A stretch of DNA of 37,721 bases, filler included, from Kiritimatiellia bacterium (GCA_050950285.1; 3 parts of 3 records of this genome joined end to end with filler, not necessarily neighbours in it); one strand, 5' to 3'; positions 19,431 to 30,641 are shown, counted from the first letter of the whole stretch. A program made the numbers and translations. The notes: generated from the letters alone by a model not told the origin.

Positions 19431-21100
19431 TGGTGACGCTTGGCGGCGACACCGCGACCCTGGCCCGTACCCTGGACAACCGCCACCGCCTGGCGGAACT
19501 GCGCGTCGAGGATGCGCCACCCGTTCAATACGGCTACGATGCCGAGAACCGGCACTCCGCCGTCTCCAACACCGCCTTCCGCGCCACCTACGCCTACACC
19601 TCCGACGGTTGGGATGCTGGGTATTCGGTGAACTTGACGAATGGCGTCGTACTTGCCCGCAACCTGACCCACGACCCCTACCGCCGCAGTCTGGTAAAAG
19701 CCATCACCAACAGCGCCAGCGGCGTGCCGTACAATCCGCTGGCCTACACCTACGACCTGCTTAACCGCGTCACGTCACGAAACGCCGACACCTTCGACTA
19801 CAATGCCCGCTCCGAGGTCACATCCGCCATCATCCAGCCCGCCCACACCAACCGCTACGCCTTCGACAACATAGGCAACGCGCTGTGGACCTCGCTTAAC
19901 GCCGTCACCAACTTCTATTCCGCCAACGAACTGAACCAGTACACCGGGATCAGCAATGGAACAGTCATCGAGCCGGAGTACGATTTAGACGGCAATATGA
20001 CGTGGGACGGGCGTTTCAGCTACACGTATGATGCGGAAAACCGCCTTGTCGCCGCCTATTCCAACGGCCTGTGCGTCGTCTCCAACGCCTACGATCATCT
20101 TAGCCGCCGCGTGTTGAAATACACCCCCACCGCCACGTACACTTGCATCTACGACGGCTGGAACCTGGTTCAGGAGACGATTCAAAATCAGCAGTCCGCA
20201 ACCACAAATCATTACGTCTGGGGCAAAGACCTATCCGGCACGCTTCAGGGCGCGGGCGGCGTCGGCGGACTGCTGGCCGTCTCGCTAAACGGCACATGGT
20301 ACTTCCCGTTCTACGATAACAACGGCAACATCACGGCCTATGCCGACGAGACCGGCACCATCGTCGCCGAGTACACCTACGACGCCTTCGGCCGCACCAT
20401 AGAGGCAACGGGTCTGCTTGCCGACGCCTTCCGCCACCGGTTCAGCACCAAGTACTACGATGCCGAAACCGGTTTCTACTACTATGGTTATCGCTTCTAT
20501 GCACCGGAATTGATGCGGTGGCTTAGCAGGGATCCGATTGGTGAGAACGGCGGTTGTAACATATATGCTTTCGTCGATAACAACTCGTTTTCATTTGTTG
20601 ATTGGCTCGGGTTGGAGAATCTGTGCCATTGCTTTAACTGGACGGTAGATGTGGTGTATCGATGCAATTGGAAGAATGTCCTTTCTGCGGAGTACAACTA
20701 TGTCAGGGTGTCTGGCGGAATGCAATATCCGTACTCCGAAAGACACAAAGGATTATTTGGTGTCAATCATACTGATAGAATCATGTGGGTTTCTGTGGCT
20801 GTAACCCCGAAGAATTGGTTCGATGGTATTGTTAAGTATGATCCTGAGCATTGCGAATGTGGAGCAGGAACTGTTAATGATTTACCATACACACCCCTTG
20901 TCAGAATAAAGAGCCAAGCGGGAGTTACAGAGGAACACGCATGGCAGGTTGTGTTTAATGCCGGAGGTGGTTCCGCATATGACTACTGGATTACCCAGTT
21001 TGTTGAACAGTACGAATCGCCATTCGCTTCGAACTATACCGTTGAAGTGAGTGAAAATGGCGAGGTCTGCTCAACTTTATCCTTCACTATTGTTTACTAA
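19431..21100 (+). CDS. RHS gene 3' portion (lineage A core, 5' cut by contig edge) with Cys-rich C-terminal domain
   Basis: Highly similar to reverse complement of ~3970-5165; core ends FVDWLG at 20611; CT 20612-21100. Confidence 0.92.
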
Positions 21101-21119
21101 CCCTTGCTACGGAGAATGC

Positions 21120-21647
21120 ATGATGCGAACACACTTTCATGTGGCACTCTTTGGAAGTTTGCTGGGGGCTTGTTGCATGTTCGCATGTAGCAGACATTCA
21201 TTGTGTGACAATCCTGATATACGTCCATATATTTACCTTGCAAAACGAGGGGTGCATTTTGATTGTTTGATGCATCAACTCCCTTGTTCAATAATTGAGA
21301 AAAAAGAACGCTGCAGCATGGGGCGGGCTATTCCAAGCTATCCAGGAAACGTGTATTATCTATCGGATGCAACGAATCGCGTCTATTGGTCGTCTATCAC
21401 AATTAAACAGAAGGGGCGAATATGGTCATACCGCGGAACGTTCTATTTCGACCGCAAAGATTATTGCTTTGCTGTCCAGTATGAAAAATGGGCACGTAGC
21501 CCATCGCCAATTGTCCCGTATCATGAAATAACACTTCAAGCAGACAGCGGGCAGCGGGAATTTGGAGTTCCAGAATGCAGCGGGGCGTCGCAATCACCCC
21601 AGAAATCAGCAAGAAATTGTGATCGCGATGAGCCAGCGGAGCTATAG
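21120..21647 (+). CDS. Predicted lipoprotein, putative immunity/partner
   Basis: GGAG RBS at 21111; MMRTHFHVALFGSLLGACCMFAC leader; follows RHS CT. Confidence 0.7.
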   Translation: MMRTHFHVALFGSLLGACCMFACSRHSLCDNPDIRPYIYLAKRGVHFDCLMHQLPCSIIEKKERCSMGRAIPSYPGNVYYLSDATNRVYWSSITIKQKGRIWSYRGTFYFDRKDYCFAVQYEKWARSPSPIVPYHEITLQADSGQREFGVPECSGASQSPQKSARNCDRDEPAEL

Positions 21648-22620
21648 CAGTTGTAATCACCTCCCCGGTCGGTGCGCGGTTACAACTTCCGTCGCGCGTG
21701 CGCAGTTGACCGGCCTCTCGCTTGCCTGCTGGAGCCGTGTGGTGGCAACCGACATGCACGGCGCGCGCATGATGACCGCAACGGCGGCCGACCCCCTGGC
21801 TGACATTTTCGCCTTCCGTTTCAGCACCAAGTATTACGATGCCGAAACCGGCCTCTACTACTACGGCTACCGCTTCTACGCGCCGGAACTGATGCGTTGG
21901 CTGAACAGGGATCCGATTGGGGAACGAGGTGGCAACAATCTTTACACCTATGCACGAAACTCGCCGACTTGCCTCACCGACCCGCTGGGATTAACCCCCA
22001 CGCTAAATTCATTTTTCTCGGGTGAAAAGGCCAAATATAATGTGACAGACTTTTTGAATGTTTCGGTTTATTGCATGCCCAAGGGAGTGTTAGTCGGAAA
22101 ACGATTTATTAAGCAGTCTGATCCAGACGTCTGCTGCGACGGAGGGGCTATTCATGTTGTCATCAATCCACGCTTCGGGGTTCCGCCAAATATACGGTCT
22201 CCACTTGATAATTCCGGAGAGAGTTTCTTTGGGGGCGGATGGGGTAAAATTCCCGATCTCTTTAAGCCAGCAGATGGCTGGACTACTCCAAATGATTTGT
22301 GGGGCGATCCGGTTAAGGTAGGGGCAGAAATGGCAGGACCAGGCGGAGTGTTCGCCTATCCAATTTATGAGTTCAAGAACGCACAATTCAATGTTGGTCG
22401 CTTTGTCGATATTCAGACATCTGGCTCTGGCGCATGGGAACCGGCCTTAGTCCCTCACACGGAAATGTTTCGCACATGGTACACGTATTCCAACTCACCA
22501 AATTATCAAGAAATCAACGGGATTGTCGCTAAAGTCCAATCTGGAGATAAACTTTTCATTCAGGTCGGATGCAAGGGTGAGTCAAAGTTGGCGTGGAAAC
22601 AGGTTCTCCGGATCAAGTGA
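21562..22620 (+). CDS. Orphan RHS cassette with minimal core (homology starts ~21780) and unique C-terminal domain
   Basis: [35 protein letters not shown]...TDPLG; CT 21991-22620; true start uncertain. Confidence 0.85.
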   Translation: MEFQNAAGRRNHPRNQQEIVIAMSQRSYSSCNHLPGRCAVTTSVARAQLTGLSLACWSRVVATDMHGARMMTATAADPLADIFAFRFSTKYYDAETGLYYYGYRFYAPELMRWLNRDPIGERGGNNLYTYARNSPTCLTDPLGLTPTLNSFFSGEKAKYNVTDFLNVSVYCMPKGVLVGKRFIKQSDPDVCCDGGAIHVVINPRFGVPPNIRSPLDNSGESFFGGGWGKIPDLFKPADGWTTPNDLWGDPVKVGAEMAGPGGVFAYPIYEFKNAQFNVGRFVDIQTSGSGAWEPALVPHTEMFRTWYTYSNSPNYQEINGIVAKVQSGDKLFIQVGCKGESKLAWKQVLRIK

Positions 22621-22622
22621 TT

Positions 22623-23267
22623 ATGCGAAAAGTATTCATAACTATTTGCTGTGGTGCCATCTTTGTGTTTCTGGTGTGCCACGCTGCCTGTCGTCCCGAG
22701 TCGCTGATTTGGAAGGATATCCTCCAGCGCGAGACCGTTCGCTATCTAGCGTCACAAGGAGTTGCCACAAAACAAATTGTAATTGGCAACTCTGGAGAAA
22801 TTGAATTGAACTTAAGAGGCTCGGGGATTACCAATCTCTATATTTTGATCGGAATGCCGCTGGCATCTCTGGACATCTCCCGGTGCCCTGTCAGCGACCT
22901 TGAGCCACTTAGTCAAATGCGTCTTCTGCGAAGACTGGACATCTCCAGCACAGCAGTGACAAATCTCGCTCCTCTGGCAGGTCTGCATCTCGATGAGCTT
23001 AGGATGTCAAATACCAAAGTCAACGACCTTGAGCCGCTTCGGAACATGCCTCTGCAAGCGCTGTTCATCGTGAAGACGGATGTCCGCGATTTAACGCCTA
23101 TCAAAGACATGCAACTTGACACACTATTTTTCTCGGCAGATGTAGACCATTCGGAAGAGTTTATAAGGGTATTGCGAGACATGAAAACCCTTAGGTGCAT
23201 CAATGCATATTCATACGTGACGAACTTTTGGGATGAGTACGATTCCGGCAAGTTTCGGAAACGCTGA
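22623..23267 (+). CDS. Exported leucine-rich-repeat protein, putative immunity/partner
   Basis: Signal peptide ending HAA-C; ~5 LRRs (L..LDIS.T.V.DL.PL..M); starts 2 bp after RHS stop. Confidence 0.85.
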   Translation: MRKVFITICCGAIFVFLVCHAACRPESLIWKDILQRETVRYLASQGVATKQIVIGNSGEIELNLRGSGITNLYILIGMPLASLDISRCPVSDLEPLSQMRLLRRLDISSTAVTNLAPLAGLHLDELRMSNTKVNDLEPLRNMPLQALFIVKTDVRDLTPIKDMQLDTLFFSADVDHSEEFIRVLRDMKTLRCINAYSYVTNFWDEYDSGKFRKR

Positions 23268-24507
23268 TATTCTCAACGTGATGAAAGCTGGTCGAAATGC
23301 TGTTAACTCCTTCGCCAACGGCACGCTCCTCTCCCGCGTTGTCGCCCGCGATCCCTACCGTCGTACCCTTGTCACGACCATCACCAACAGCGTCAGCGGC
23401 GTGCCGTACAACCCGCTGGTCTACACCTACGACCTGCTTAACCGTGTCACTTCACGCAACACGGACACCTTCGATTACAACGCCAGAAGCGAAGTCACGG
23501 CGGCGGACATTGGAGCCCACACCAACCGCTACGCCTTCGACAACATAGGCAACGCGCTGTGGGCCTCGCTTAACTCCGTCACGAACATCTACACCGCCAA
23601 CGAACTGAACCAGTATTTCCTGATTTCCAATCATGTCAATCATGTCAATCCTGTCCAAATTTCTCCCGTATACGATTTAGACGGCAATATGACGTGGGAC
23701 GGGCGTTTCAGCTATGCGTATGATGCGGAAAACCGCCTCGTCGCCGCCTATTCCAACGGCCTGTGCGTAGTCTTCAACGCCTACGATCATCTTTGCCGCC
23801 GCGTGTTGAAAATCTCACGCGGAGGCGCGGAGACACGGGGATTTGTCTACGACGGCTGGCTGCCGGTTCTCGAAATCGTCGCCACCGCCTCGGGCGTGAC
23901 CACCAACCACTACGTCTGGGGCAAGGACCTATCCGGCACGCTCCAGGGCGCGGGCGGTGTCGGCGGACTCCTGGCGGTACAGATGGGCGGCACATGGTAC
24001 TTCCCGTTCTACGATAATAACGGCAACATCACAGCCTATGTTGACGAGACCGGCGCCATCGTGGCCGAGTACACCTACGACGCCTTCGGGCGCACCATTG
24101 AGGCTGCCGGCTCCATGGCCGACGCCTTCCGCCACCGTTTCAGCACCAAGTATTACGACACCGAGACCGGTCTCTACTACTACGGTTATCGTTTCTACGT
24201 GCCGGAACTGATGCGCTGGCTCAATCGTGATCCGATTGGAGAGAGGGGTGGAGCCAACTTATATCTGGCCGGACGCAATGTATTCGTTAACGTGATCGAT
24301 CCTGTTGGGAATAAATGTGTTTTGGCAGCGGGACCAAGCGTAAGCGAGAATGCCAAATGGGAAGTTATTGGACTAACTTTTGAATCTGGTGGCGGATCAT
24401 CTTTCATTACGCAGATCGAGGGCGTAGAAGTTACTTGGGGCCTTAAAGGGAATGTGGAGTGTTGTTGTGTTTATTGTTTTGGGCTGTGGACGGTGAAGAA
24501 GACTAAA

Positions 24508-26221
24508 CCTAAAAAGAGCAGTTGAACTTTCAAGTTATCATCCGGAGCATCATTTGGTCGCCTTCTGAGACTGGGTAGAGCACCCTTCCGCGCAGCCATT
24601 TGACGAACGCCGCCGACAAAATGATCGCCCAGACCTGCCCGGCGCTCAACTGCTCCGCAATTGCCGCGAGGTTGTTCATGAACCTGCCGATCCTGTCCAG
24701 GACGAGGCGGACCTGTCCGCCCAGGGCGTGCGTCGAGGTCAGGCGCACGATCTTCCGGCGGCCGGTGGTGACCAGCCGGCCGACCGCGTGGAGCAGCAGG
24801 GGCCGGGATGTGACCGCCTCCATGTGGCTGTCGGGCCGGGCGAGGCGCGTGAAGATGTTCCACCAGTTGTAGACCAGGGCGACGATGCGGGCGATGATGC
24901 GGCAGCGCCGCAGGTCGCGGGTCACGAAGCCGCCCCAGCCCCACTGGTTCTTGATCTCGTCGAACACGTTCTCGCAGTCCGCCCGGTCCCTGTACAACTG
25001 GGACAGGGCCATGGCGTCCAGGGTTCCGTCGTTGGTCACCAGCACGGCATAGTCCCATGTCCGCGCGTCCGTGACCTCCGGGGCGAAGGCGAACTCCGGC
25101 CCGGAGGGGCGGGGCGGCTCCGCGCGCGCGGGGCGGCGCAGGAACACGCACCGTCGCTCGGCTGTCCAGCCGGCCAGCTTCAGGCGGCTCTCGGACGCCT
25201 GCCAGCCCTCGCCGGCGTCGGTCCACGCCCGGCCGGGCGCCGCCAGCTCCCGGAGCCGCGACTTGATCTTCGGCGAGCGCCTCAGCTTGAACAGGTAGGG
25301 CTGCCCGCGCGCCTCGGCCTGCGCCATGACCTTCTCGCTGCCGTAGCCCACGTCCCCGCGTATCAGCCGCGGGCGGCACCCGGGCGGCAGCGAGTCGATG
25401 AGCTTCCACAGGCCGGGCATGCCGCAGCCCCCCGAGTGCTGCTTCCCGGGCTGCACGTCGACGCCCAGCACGAGGCGCAGCGCGCCGATGAAGTACGTGT
25501 GGCAGTTGTGGCTGGGCCGCCCCGGCTTCTTGGGGTTGTAACCCAGCTCCGCGCCCTCCTGGTGGCCGTAGAGCGGCTTGACCGTGCTGTCGATGTCCAG
25601 GACGTACGCCTCGGCGAGCAGCGGCTCGACGACCGTCCGATCCAGCCCCGCCAGCCACGTGTCCCAGGCCTCTTCCGTCCCGCGGCCCAGCGCCCTGCGG
25701 ACGCTGTCTTCGGACACCACCTTGCCAAGCCCCAGGACCTCGGCCCCGACGCGGTCGGAACGCAGCGCGTTGATGTGGGCGTAACGCGTCTGCCCGTTGA
25801 GGACGGAAAGCAGCAGCGTCCCCATCACGTCGCGCGCGGCGGGGGCATTGTTGCTCTTGTACTCCAGCGGCGAGGAGTCGCAGAAATGATCCAGCAGGCC
25901 GCCGGTCTTAAGGTACTGGGCGAAGAACACGACGGAGCCCGTCGGCGTCACTTTCGCGTCGGCGTCCCACTCCACTTCGAAGCATCCGCCGCCCCCGCGG
26001 ACCAGCAGCCTGCGGATCTCCGCTTGATCCAGAAGCGCCCCTGTGCCATCATTCCCATACGCAACGGTGTCGTTCATCCTGTACTCCTTTTTTTAGGTTC
26101 AATCAGAAGTATAGGGCGCACCGTTGCGTTTTGCACCAAATAGGTGCGGCGCGAATCTCAACGAAAGCCAGTGTTTACAGGCCTTTGCTCAAAATCCGCA
26201 CACCCAACTGCTCTTTTTAGG
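24508..26221 (-). mobile_element. IS1380-family insertion sequence (1714 bp)
   Basis: 17-bp perfect IRs CCTAAAAAGAGCAGTTG / CAACTGCTCTTTTTAGG; 5-bp target duplication CTAAA (24503-24507, 26222-26226). Confidence 0.93.
24530..26077 (-). CDS. IS1380-family DDE transposase (515 aa)
   Basis: LDIDSTVKPLYGHQEGAELGYNP, RGDVGY, Y..RADCENVFDEIKNQWG motifs. Confidence 0.9.
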   Translation of the reverse strand: MNDTVAYGNDGTGALLDQAEIRRLLVRGGGGCFEVEWDADAKVTPTGSVVFFAQYLKTGGLLDHFCDSSPLEYKSNNAPAARDVMGTLLLSVLNGQTRYAHINALRSDRVGAEVLGLGKVVSEDSVRRALGRGTEEAWDTWLAGLDRTVVEPLLAEAYVLDIDSTVKPLYGHQEGAELGYNPKKPGRPSHNCHTYFIGALRLVLGVDVQPGKQHSGGCGMPGLWKLIDSLPPGCRPRLIRGDVGYGSEKVMAQAEARGQPYLFKLRRSPKIKSRLRELAAPGRAWTDAGEGWQASESRLKLAGWTAERRCVFLRRPARAEPPRPSGPEFAFAPEVTDARTWDYAVLVTNDGTLDAMALSQLYRDRADCENVFDEIKNQWGWGGFVTRDLRRCRIIARIVALVYNWWNIFTRLARPDSHMEAVTSRPLLLHAVGRLVTTGRRKIVRLTSTHALGGQVRLVLDRIGRFMNNLAAIAEQLSAGQVWAIILSAAFVKWLRGRVLYPVSEGDQMMLRMIT

Positions 26222-26547
26222 CTAAAACAGTCTACAAGACAGTGGAACACGCGCGCATGATACCAGTAATATTTGTTTATTCGCCTGCGGAATTGCCGCT
26301 TTCACTACCGAATCCCATATCACTTGGCGAAGCGCTTGGTGAAATTTTGGCGGAGGCGGCACAAGAGCTGTTAAAAAATACATTAGGGTACGTTGTCGCA
26401 AAGTCAGACGCGCTGATACTGGCCGATGAAATTGATGCTACCAGACCGTCGTCAAAAGACGATGGAGAATGGCCTGATGATCCGTGTAACTAGGTTGTAA
26501 GGGCAGGAAGACTCAAGGTGAGCTTCGTTTGGTTATGAGGTGCAAAA

Positions 26548-27003
26548 ATGCGTGACAGACGTCTTGTTTACAAATGCATTACGATTTCGACATTTACTAT
26601 GCTTATCGTGATTTGCGTTTATAATGTTGGATATAAACGCGGACACATAGATGCCGAATGTAAAAGGCTTCCGTTTGATCTTGGTATCTGTCTCCAACTT
26701 TATGATATGCGAACGAACATCCCGACTAATGTCGATATACGTGTTGCTTCGGAACAATCAATACGGCTGTTGATCTATGCAAAGCTTGCTTTTCTGGAGA
26801 AACACGGCGAAAGAGTGGAGGCTATGCAGTTGAACCGCAATGGATTCACGTTTAACCAAGGTTTGTTTGCGAAAAAAGTTGAAAGAGCAAAACAGATCGT
26901 TGCCGGGCTGGACAATAATGCGGGTAGCTTGGCCAGAACAATACAGGATGAAGACGCTACCAGCGCTGCTAGTAGCGATCAAGATGAGACAACCGTTCCA
27001 TAG
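26548..27003 (+). CDS. Putative immunity/partner protein with N-terminal TM/signal segment (151 aa)
   Basis: GAGGT RBS; hydrophobic N-terminus; directly after the reconstructed CT. Confidence 0.7.
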   Translation: MRDRRLVYKCITISTFTMLIVICVYNVGYKRGHIDAECKRLPFDLGICLQLYDMRTNIPTNVDIRVASEQSIRLLIYAKLAFLEKHGERVEAMQLNRNGFTFNQGLFAKKVERAKQIVAGLDNNAGSLARTIQDEDATSAASSDQDETTVP

Positions 27004-27883
27004 CACCTGCGTCTCATCCAGTCATCCGTCAGGGTATGCCCTGTCCTGTTATGCCCTCGACGAAGGCTACTCCATGTCGTATGCTTACAACATGTCCCGC
27101 CGATTCCAATCACTTGCATTTGCGTCATCTGCGACATCTGCGGCTACCGGCACGTACTCTTATCTCACCGACTCGGATCTTATTTCGGGCATGTCCGCCT
27201 CGTCAGGTTTCCACTGGTCGCGCACCTGCGCACCGGAGTTGACGCGGTGGCTCAATCGTGATCCGATTGAGGAATGGGGCGGCGCAAATCTTTATGCGTT
27301 CATAGGGAATGAACCTGTTAATTCTATTGATTTGCTGGGTGCAATTCGTGTCCCTGGACTTACGCCTTTAGCTCGTAGACTGTGGCGTGAAGTGATGTCG
27401 CGGGTTCTGCAGCCACGCGGATGGAATGTAGCGGCATTCCTTTTGAACCACTCTTTGCAAGACAGCCCTACCGATCTACATTTCGATCAACATCATTTTG
27501 TTTCCATGGCAATAGTTGATTCTGCCGAGTATGAAAACAAACTTTCGGAGATAGTCGGAAATCAACAGGTGGGATACCAAGGCTATGTTACAGCCGATTC
27601 TATTGCTTTCACTACAGGAGATCTGTTTGCAGCGATTCATGCCGCATCTTTTGATTACACTGGTTGGGTTTGCAAGCGATCAGATACTTCATACGACATG
27701 GATCTCCACATTACCATTCATGATGATTACAATTTCCACCTTCTTACAAGACAGTATTTCACGTGGGATCTTGAACAAATTCTAGGGACTATCGCCAATA
27801 ATATGGCTTGGTCCGATCAGTTCTTTGATGTGATTAACAACTATAGTTGGGATGCGTCAATACATGAGCAACGATCACGTTAA
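26840..27883 (+). CDS. Orphan RHS cassette with heavily deleted core (homology from ~27030) and unique C-terminal domain
   Basis: [24 protein letters not shown]...IDLLG; CT 27341-27883; start uncertain. Confidence 0.8.
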   Translation: MDSRLTKVCLRKKLKEQNRSLPGWTIMRVAWPEQYRMKTLPALLVAIKMRQPFHSTCVSSSHPSGYALSCYALDEGYSMSYAYNMSRRFQSLAFASSATSAATGTYSYLTDSDLISGMSASSGFHWSRTCAPELTRWLNRDPIEEWGGANLYAFIGNEPVNSIDLLGAIRVPGLTPLARRLWREVMSRVLQPRGWNVAAFLLNHSLQDSPTDLHFDQHHFVSMAIVDSAEYENKLSEIVGNQQVGYQGYVTADSIAFTTGDLFAAIHAASFDYTGWVCKRSDTSYDMDLHITIHDDYNFHLLTRQYFTWDLEQILGTIANNMAWSDQFFDVINNYSWDASIHEQRSR

Positions 27884-27894
27884 GGAGCACTGTT

Positions 27895-28311
27895 ATGCAA
27901 AAGTTGGTTTTTCTTCTGTTGAGTTTGATTCTTTTAGGGTGCTCTGATGTGAACTACCGATCTGGCCGTGATACAGTAAAAAGCTTTCGAGATGGGCGGT
28001 TTCAAGTTCTACGCACACCAAAAAACACAAAAATCCTGTATGATTTCCAGCGGCAAAGGACACTCGCCAATGATGTTGATGAATGGAGGGTTGTTGCCGA
28101 TCATCTGTGCACCTTTGACCGAAGAGAACAAGTTTTTGTAGTTCTTGATTTGGAGTCAGGCCTCTTTGACAAGTACAAGCGTTCTGACCATGCTCCCATT
28201 GAATTTCGTTCAACCCTTAAGAAACTGGCAAATTCAAGTTCGGAGATCGAGGAATCAGAGTTAGAATCTGATCCCATTGACAGAAGCAAAAAAGAGAGGG
28301 ACGGAGACTGA
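27895..28311 (+). CDS. Predicted lipoprotein, putative immunity/partner (138 aa)
   Basis: AAGGAG RBS; MQKLVFLLLSLILLG-C lipobox. Confidence 0.8.
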   Translation: MQKLVFLLLSLILLGCSDVNYRSGRDTVKSFRDGRFQVLRTPKNTKILYDFQRQRTLANDVDEWRVVADHLCTFDRREQVFVVLDLESGLFDKYKRSDHAPIEFRSTLKKLANSSSEIEESELESDPIDRSKKERDGD

Positions 28312-28625
28312 TGGAAACAGATCGACCACAGATCGAGCTATCATACTCATGCTGTCCTGCCTGTTGCTGATTAACGACATGGTCCAATCAGCACCCGAGG
28401 TGATCCGTGACTGGCAATGAAGAAACCGGCGTGTCAAGAAGAATCTTGTTGAATCTTGCTTGTGTCGTTTTTGTTTCGGGATGTGTAATGGCACCGCAAC
28501 GAACAGGCAAATGGACCGGTTATGTTTCTGAAAGAAAACTTCCTTGTAGCGATGGAAATCAAGTTCCCGCACTTGAATTGACCTTCGTTGACGATTCACT
28601 TGATATGGCTACTGCCAACTCTAAC

Positions 28626-30641
28626 CCGAAGTTCCAGCGATTCCCAACAGCCTGCTCATTCGCAAACCCTTGCAGGCAAGCATTCTACGCGCTTTCCGGC
28701 GCCATTTTCCCGTTCCGCTTACATGGAAACGCCCTTGTTGTTCCGCCAGCAGGCGTGGTCCGCCTCGAGCAGTTGGAAGGCTTTGGCCTGGAAGGCGTTG
28801 GGCATCGTGTCGCGGGTAAAGCGCACGGCGGTTCTGCCTTCTCCGAAACAGCATGTGTTGCGCACCTGTGTCGATAGCGCGCCAAGCAGCCCGTCCCAGC
28901 GCCGGAGCCGCAGTCCGTCAGTGGTGCGTTTCCGGGCGCGCTTGCGCTTGAGGTTTTCCGAGGGCTGCGCCTTGGCGACGGGATCGCGGCTGGCGCGGGC
29001 GGCTTCCAGTTCCTCGTCGGCGTAGAGCAGCGGGGCCAGGGCCTGGCGCATGTGCCATTCCACGTAATAGGCGAGCATGCACAGCAGCACGTGCGCGCGC
29101 ACGCGGTCCTCCAGACGGTGGTAGATCGGGCGGACGAGCAGATCGACGCCCTTGAAGGTCCTGAAGGCCTGCTCGACGTCGCCCAGGCTCTTGTAGGCGC
29201 GCACCGCGTCCTCTGCGGAAAGCGACTCGGGCGTCTCGCTGGTGCGCACGACGTAGATGCCGTCCAGGGCGGCCTCGCGGGCGATGGATTCCGTGTCGCG
29301 CTCCCAGCCGAAGTGGTTGTCGGCGATGTCCAGCCTGAAGTGCTTGGCGACCTTGTAGCGGTTGATCACGCGTCCCGCCCTGACGCCGATCTCGGCTGCC
29401 GTCAGGGGCTTCTTCCTCCGGCGCCCCACATGGTCGCGCAGCCTGGCGAGCTCCTTCTCGGTGGACTCCAGCAGTTCGCCGCGCACGCGGGCGCGGTCCA
29501 TCGCCAGCACCGGGTTGTAGCAGGCCACCAGCCGCTCGCCGGGGAAGTCGGGATGGATGATCTCGGCCAGGTTGCCCTGCGTGAACAGCGGCGCACCGGA
29601 GGGATCGCGTGTCTCCAGCAGCCTGCGGATGTCCGAGCTTCGCAGGCAGGATATCCAGCCGCAGCCCTCCTGCTGCCGCAGACGGTCGATCTGCGTGTTC
29701 GTCAGCATGCCGCGGTCACCCACGAAGACGAACCGCGCTATGCCGAAGCCGCCGCGCAGCCGGTCGATCTGGTCCGGCACCGTCACCGGGTCGGCGGTGT
29801 CGCCGGGATACACCCGCACCGCGACCGGCCTGCCGTCGGTATCGGTCATAAGCCCGTAGACGATGCCGGGTAGCTTGAGGCCGTCGCGGTTGTAGCCGCG
29901 CTTTGCCAGGGGGCATTGCTTGCCGTAGTATGAGCTGCTGGACACGTCGTACAGGACTGTCGCCCCCTCTTCAAGGTGCCGCCCGGCCAGCTTGCGCTCG
30001 ATGAAGGGCTGGCGGGCCGCGAGCCAGTCCATCGCCGCATAAAGGTCGTTCTCGTCCACGTCCTGCACGCCGAACTCCTGCGCGAGCGTGGAGTCCCCGA
30101 ACAGGGAGACCGTCTCCAGCTTCGAGCCCGGCTCTATTATGCGCTGGGCTATCATCGCCAGCACGATGTCGCGCTCCGGGCAGGGCTTGGACGACACCAG
30201 ATCCCGCATGCCGAGCCGGCTCATTGCCGTGCGGACGGCTCTGACGTGGCCGCATGGCAGGGATGACTCGACCTCGAAAAGGCTTTCGGCCTCCACAAGA
30301 TGCTCGCCCTTGAGCGCCGCGCGCAGCGCCGCCACCGCCTCGGGCGGCAGCATCGACAGGTTGGCAAGCGTGCGCTTGACGGTGCGCCCGCCCTCGCGGT
30401 AGCTCTCGCGCAGCAGGACTGCGGGCGGTGATTTGCGGTTCGGCACTATGTCTATGTACATGGGCTCACTATAGCAGACCAGTCAGCCTTTTACAAGTGG
30501 AAAAACGCATTTTTTCAAAAAAGTTATTAACAATTACATGGGCGCAAATGGAACGGATTTTGCTGCCTTAGGGGTGCCGGAATGCCGCTAAATCAAGAAA
30601 ATATGGCCGTTTCGGGCATGAAAGAGCCGCTGGAACTTCGG
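28626..30641 (-). mobile_element. IS1634-family insertion sequence, copy 1 (2016 bp)
   Basis: 14-bp IRs CCGAAGTTCCAGCG / CGCTGGAACTTCGG; 6-bp target duplication TCTAAC (28620-28625, 30642-30647). Confidence 0.95.
28719..30461 (-). CDS. IS1634-family DDE transposase (580 aa)
   Basis: LLRESYREGG..K.RTLANLS, LYDVSSSSY, GY.RDG, FVGDRGM, Y..L..VEQAFR..K, RPIYHRLEDRVRAHV motifs. Confidence 0.93.
   Translation of the reverse strand: MYIDIVPNRKSPPAVLLRESYREGGRTVKRTLANLSMLPPEAVAALRAALKGEHLVEAESLFEVESSLPCGHVRAVRTAMSRLGMRDLVSSKPCPERDIVLAMIAQRIIEPGSKLETVSLFGDSTLAQEFGVQDVDENDLYAAMDWLAARQPFIERKLAGRHLEEGATVLYDVSSSSYYGKQCPLAKRGYNRDGLKLPGIVYGLMTDTDGRPVAVRVYPGDTADPVTVPDQIDRLRGGFGIARFVFVGDRGMLTNTQIDRLRQQEGCGWISCLRSSDIRRLLETRDPSGAPLFTQGNLAEIIHPDFPGERLVACYNPVLAMDRARVRGELLESTEKELARLRDHVGRRRKKPLTAAEIGVRAGRVINRYKVAKHFRLDIADNHFGWERDTESIAREAALDGIYVVRTSETPESLSAEDAVRAYKSLGDVEQAFRTFKGVDLLVRPIYHRLEDRVRAHVLLCMLAYYVEWHMRQALAPLLYADEELEAARASRDPVAKAQPSENLKRKRARKRTTDGLRLRRWDGLLGALSTQVRNTCCFGEGRTAVRFTRDTMPNAFQAKAFQLLEADHACWRNNKGVSM

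Larger units (their letters stand above)
23233..26493 (+). pseudogene. Orphan RHS cassette (lineage A) whose C-terminal domain is interrupted by IS1380-family element
   Basis: Core ends IDPVG at 24309; removing 24508-26226 restores ...VKKTK|TVYKTVEHARMIP...DDPCN* in frame. Confidence 0.9.
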
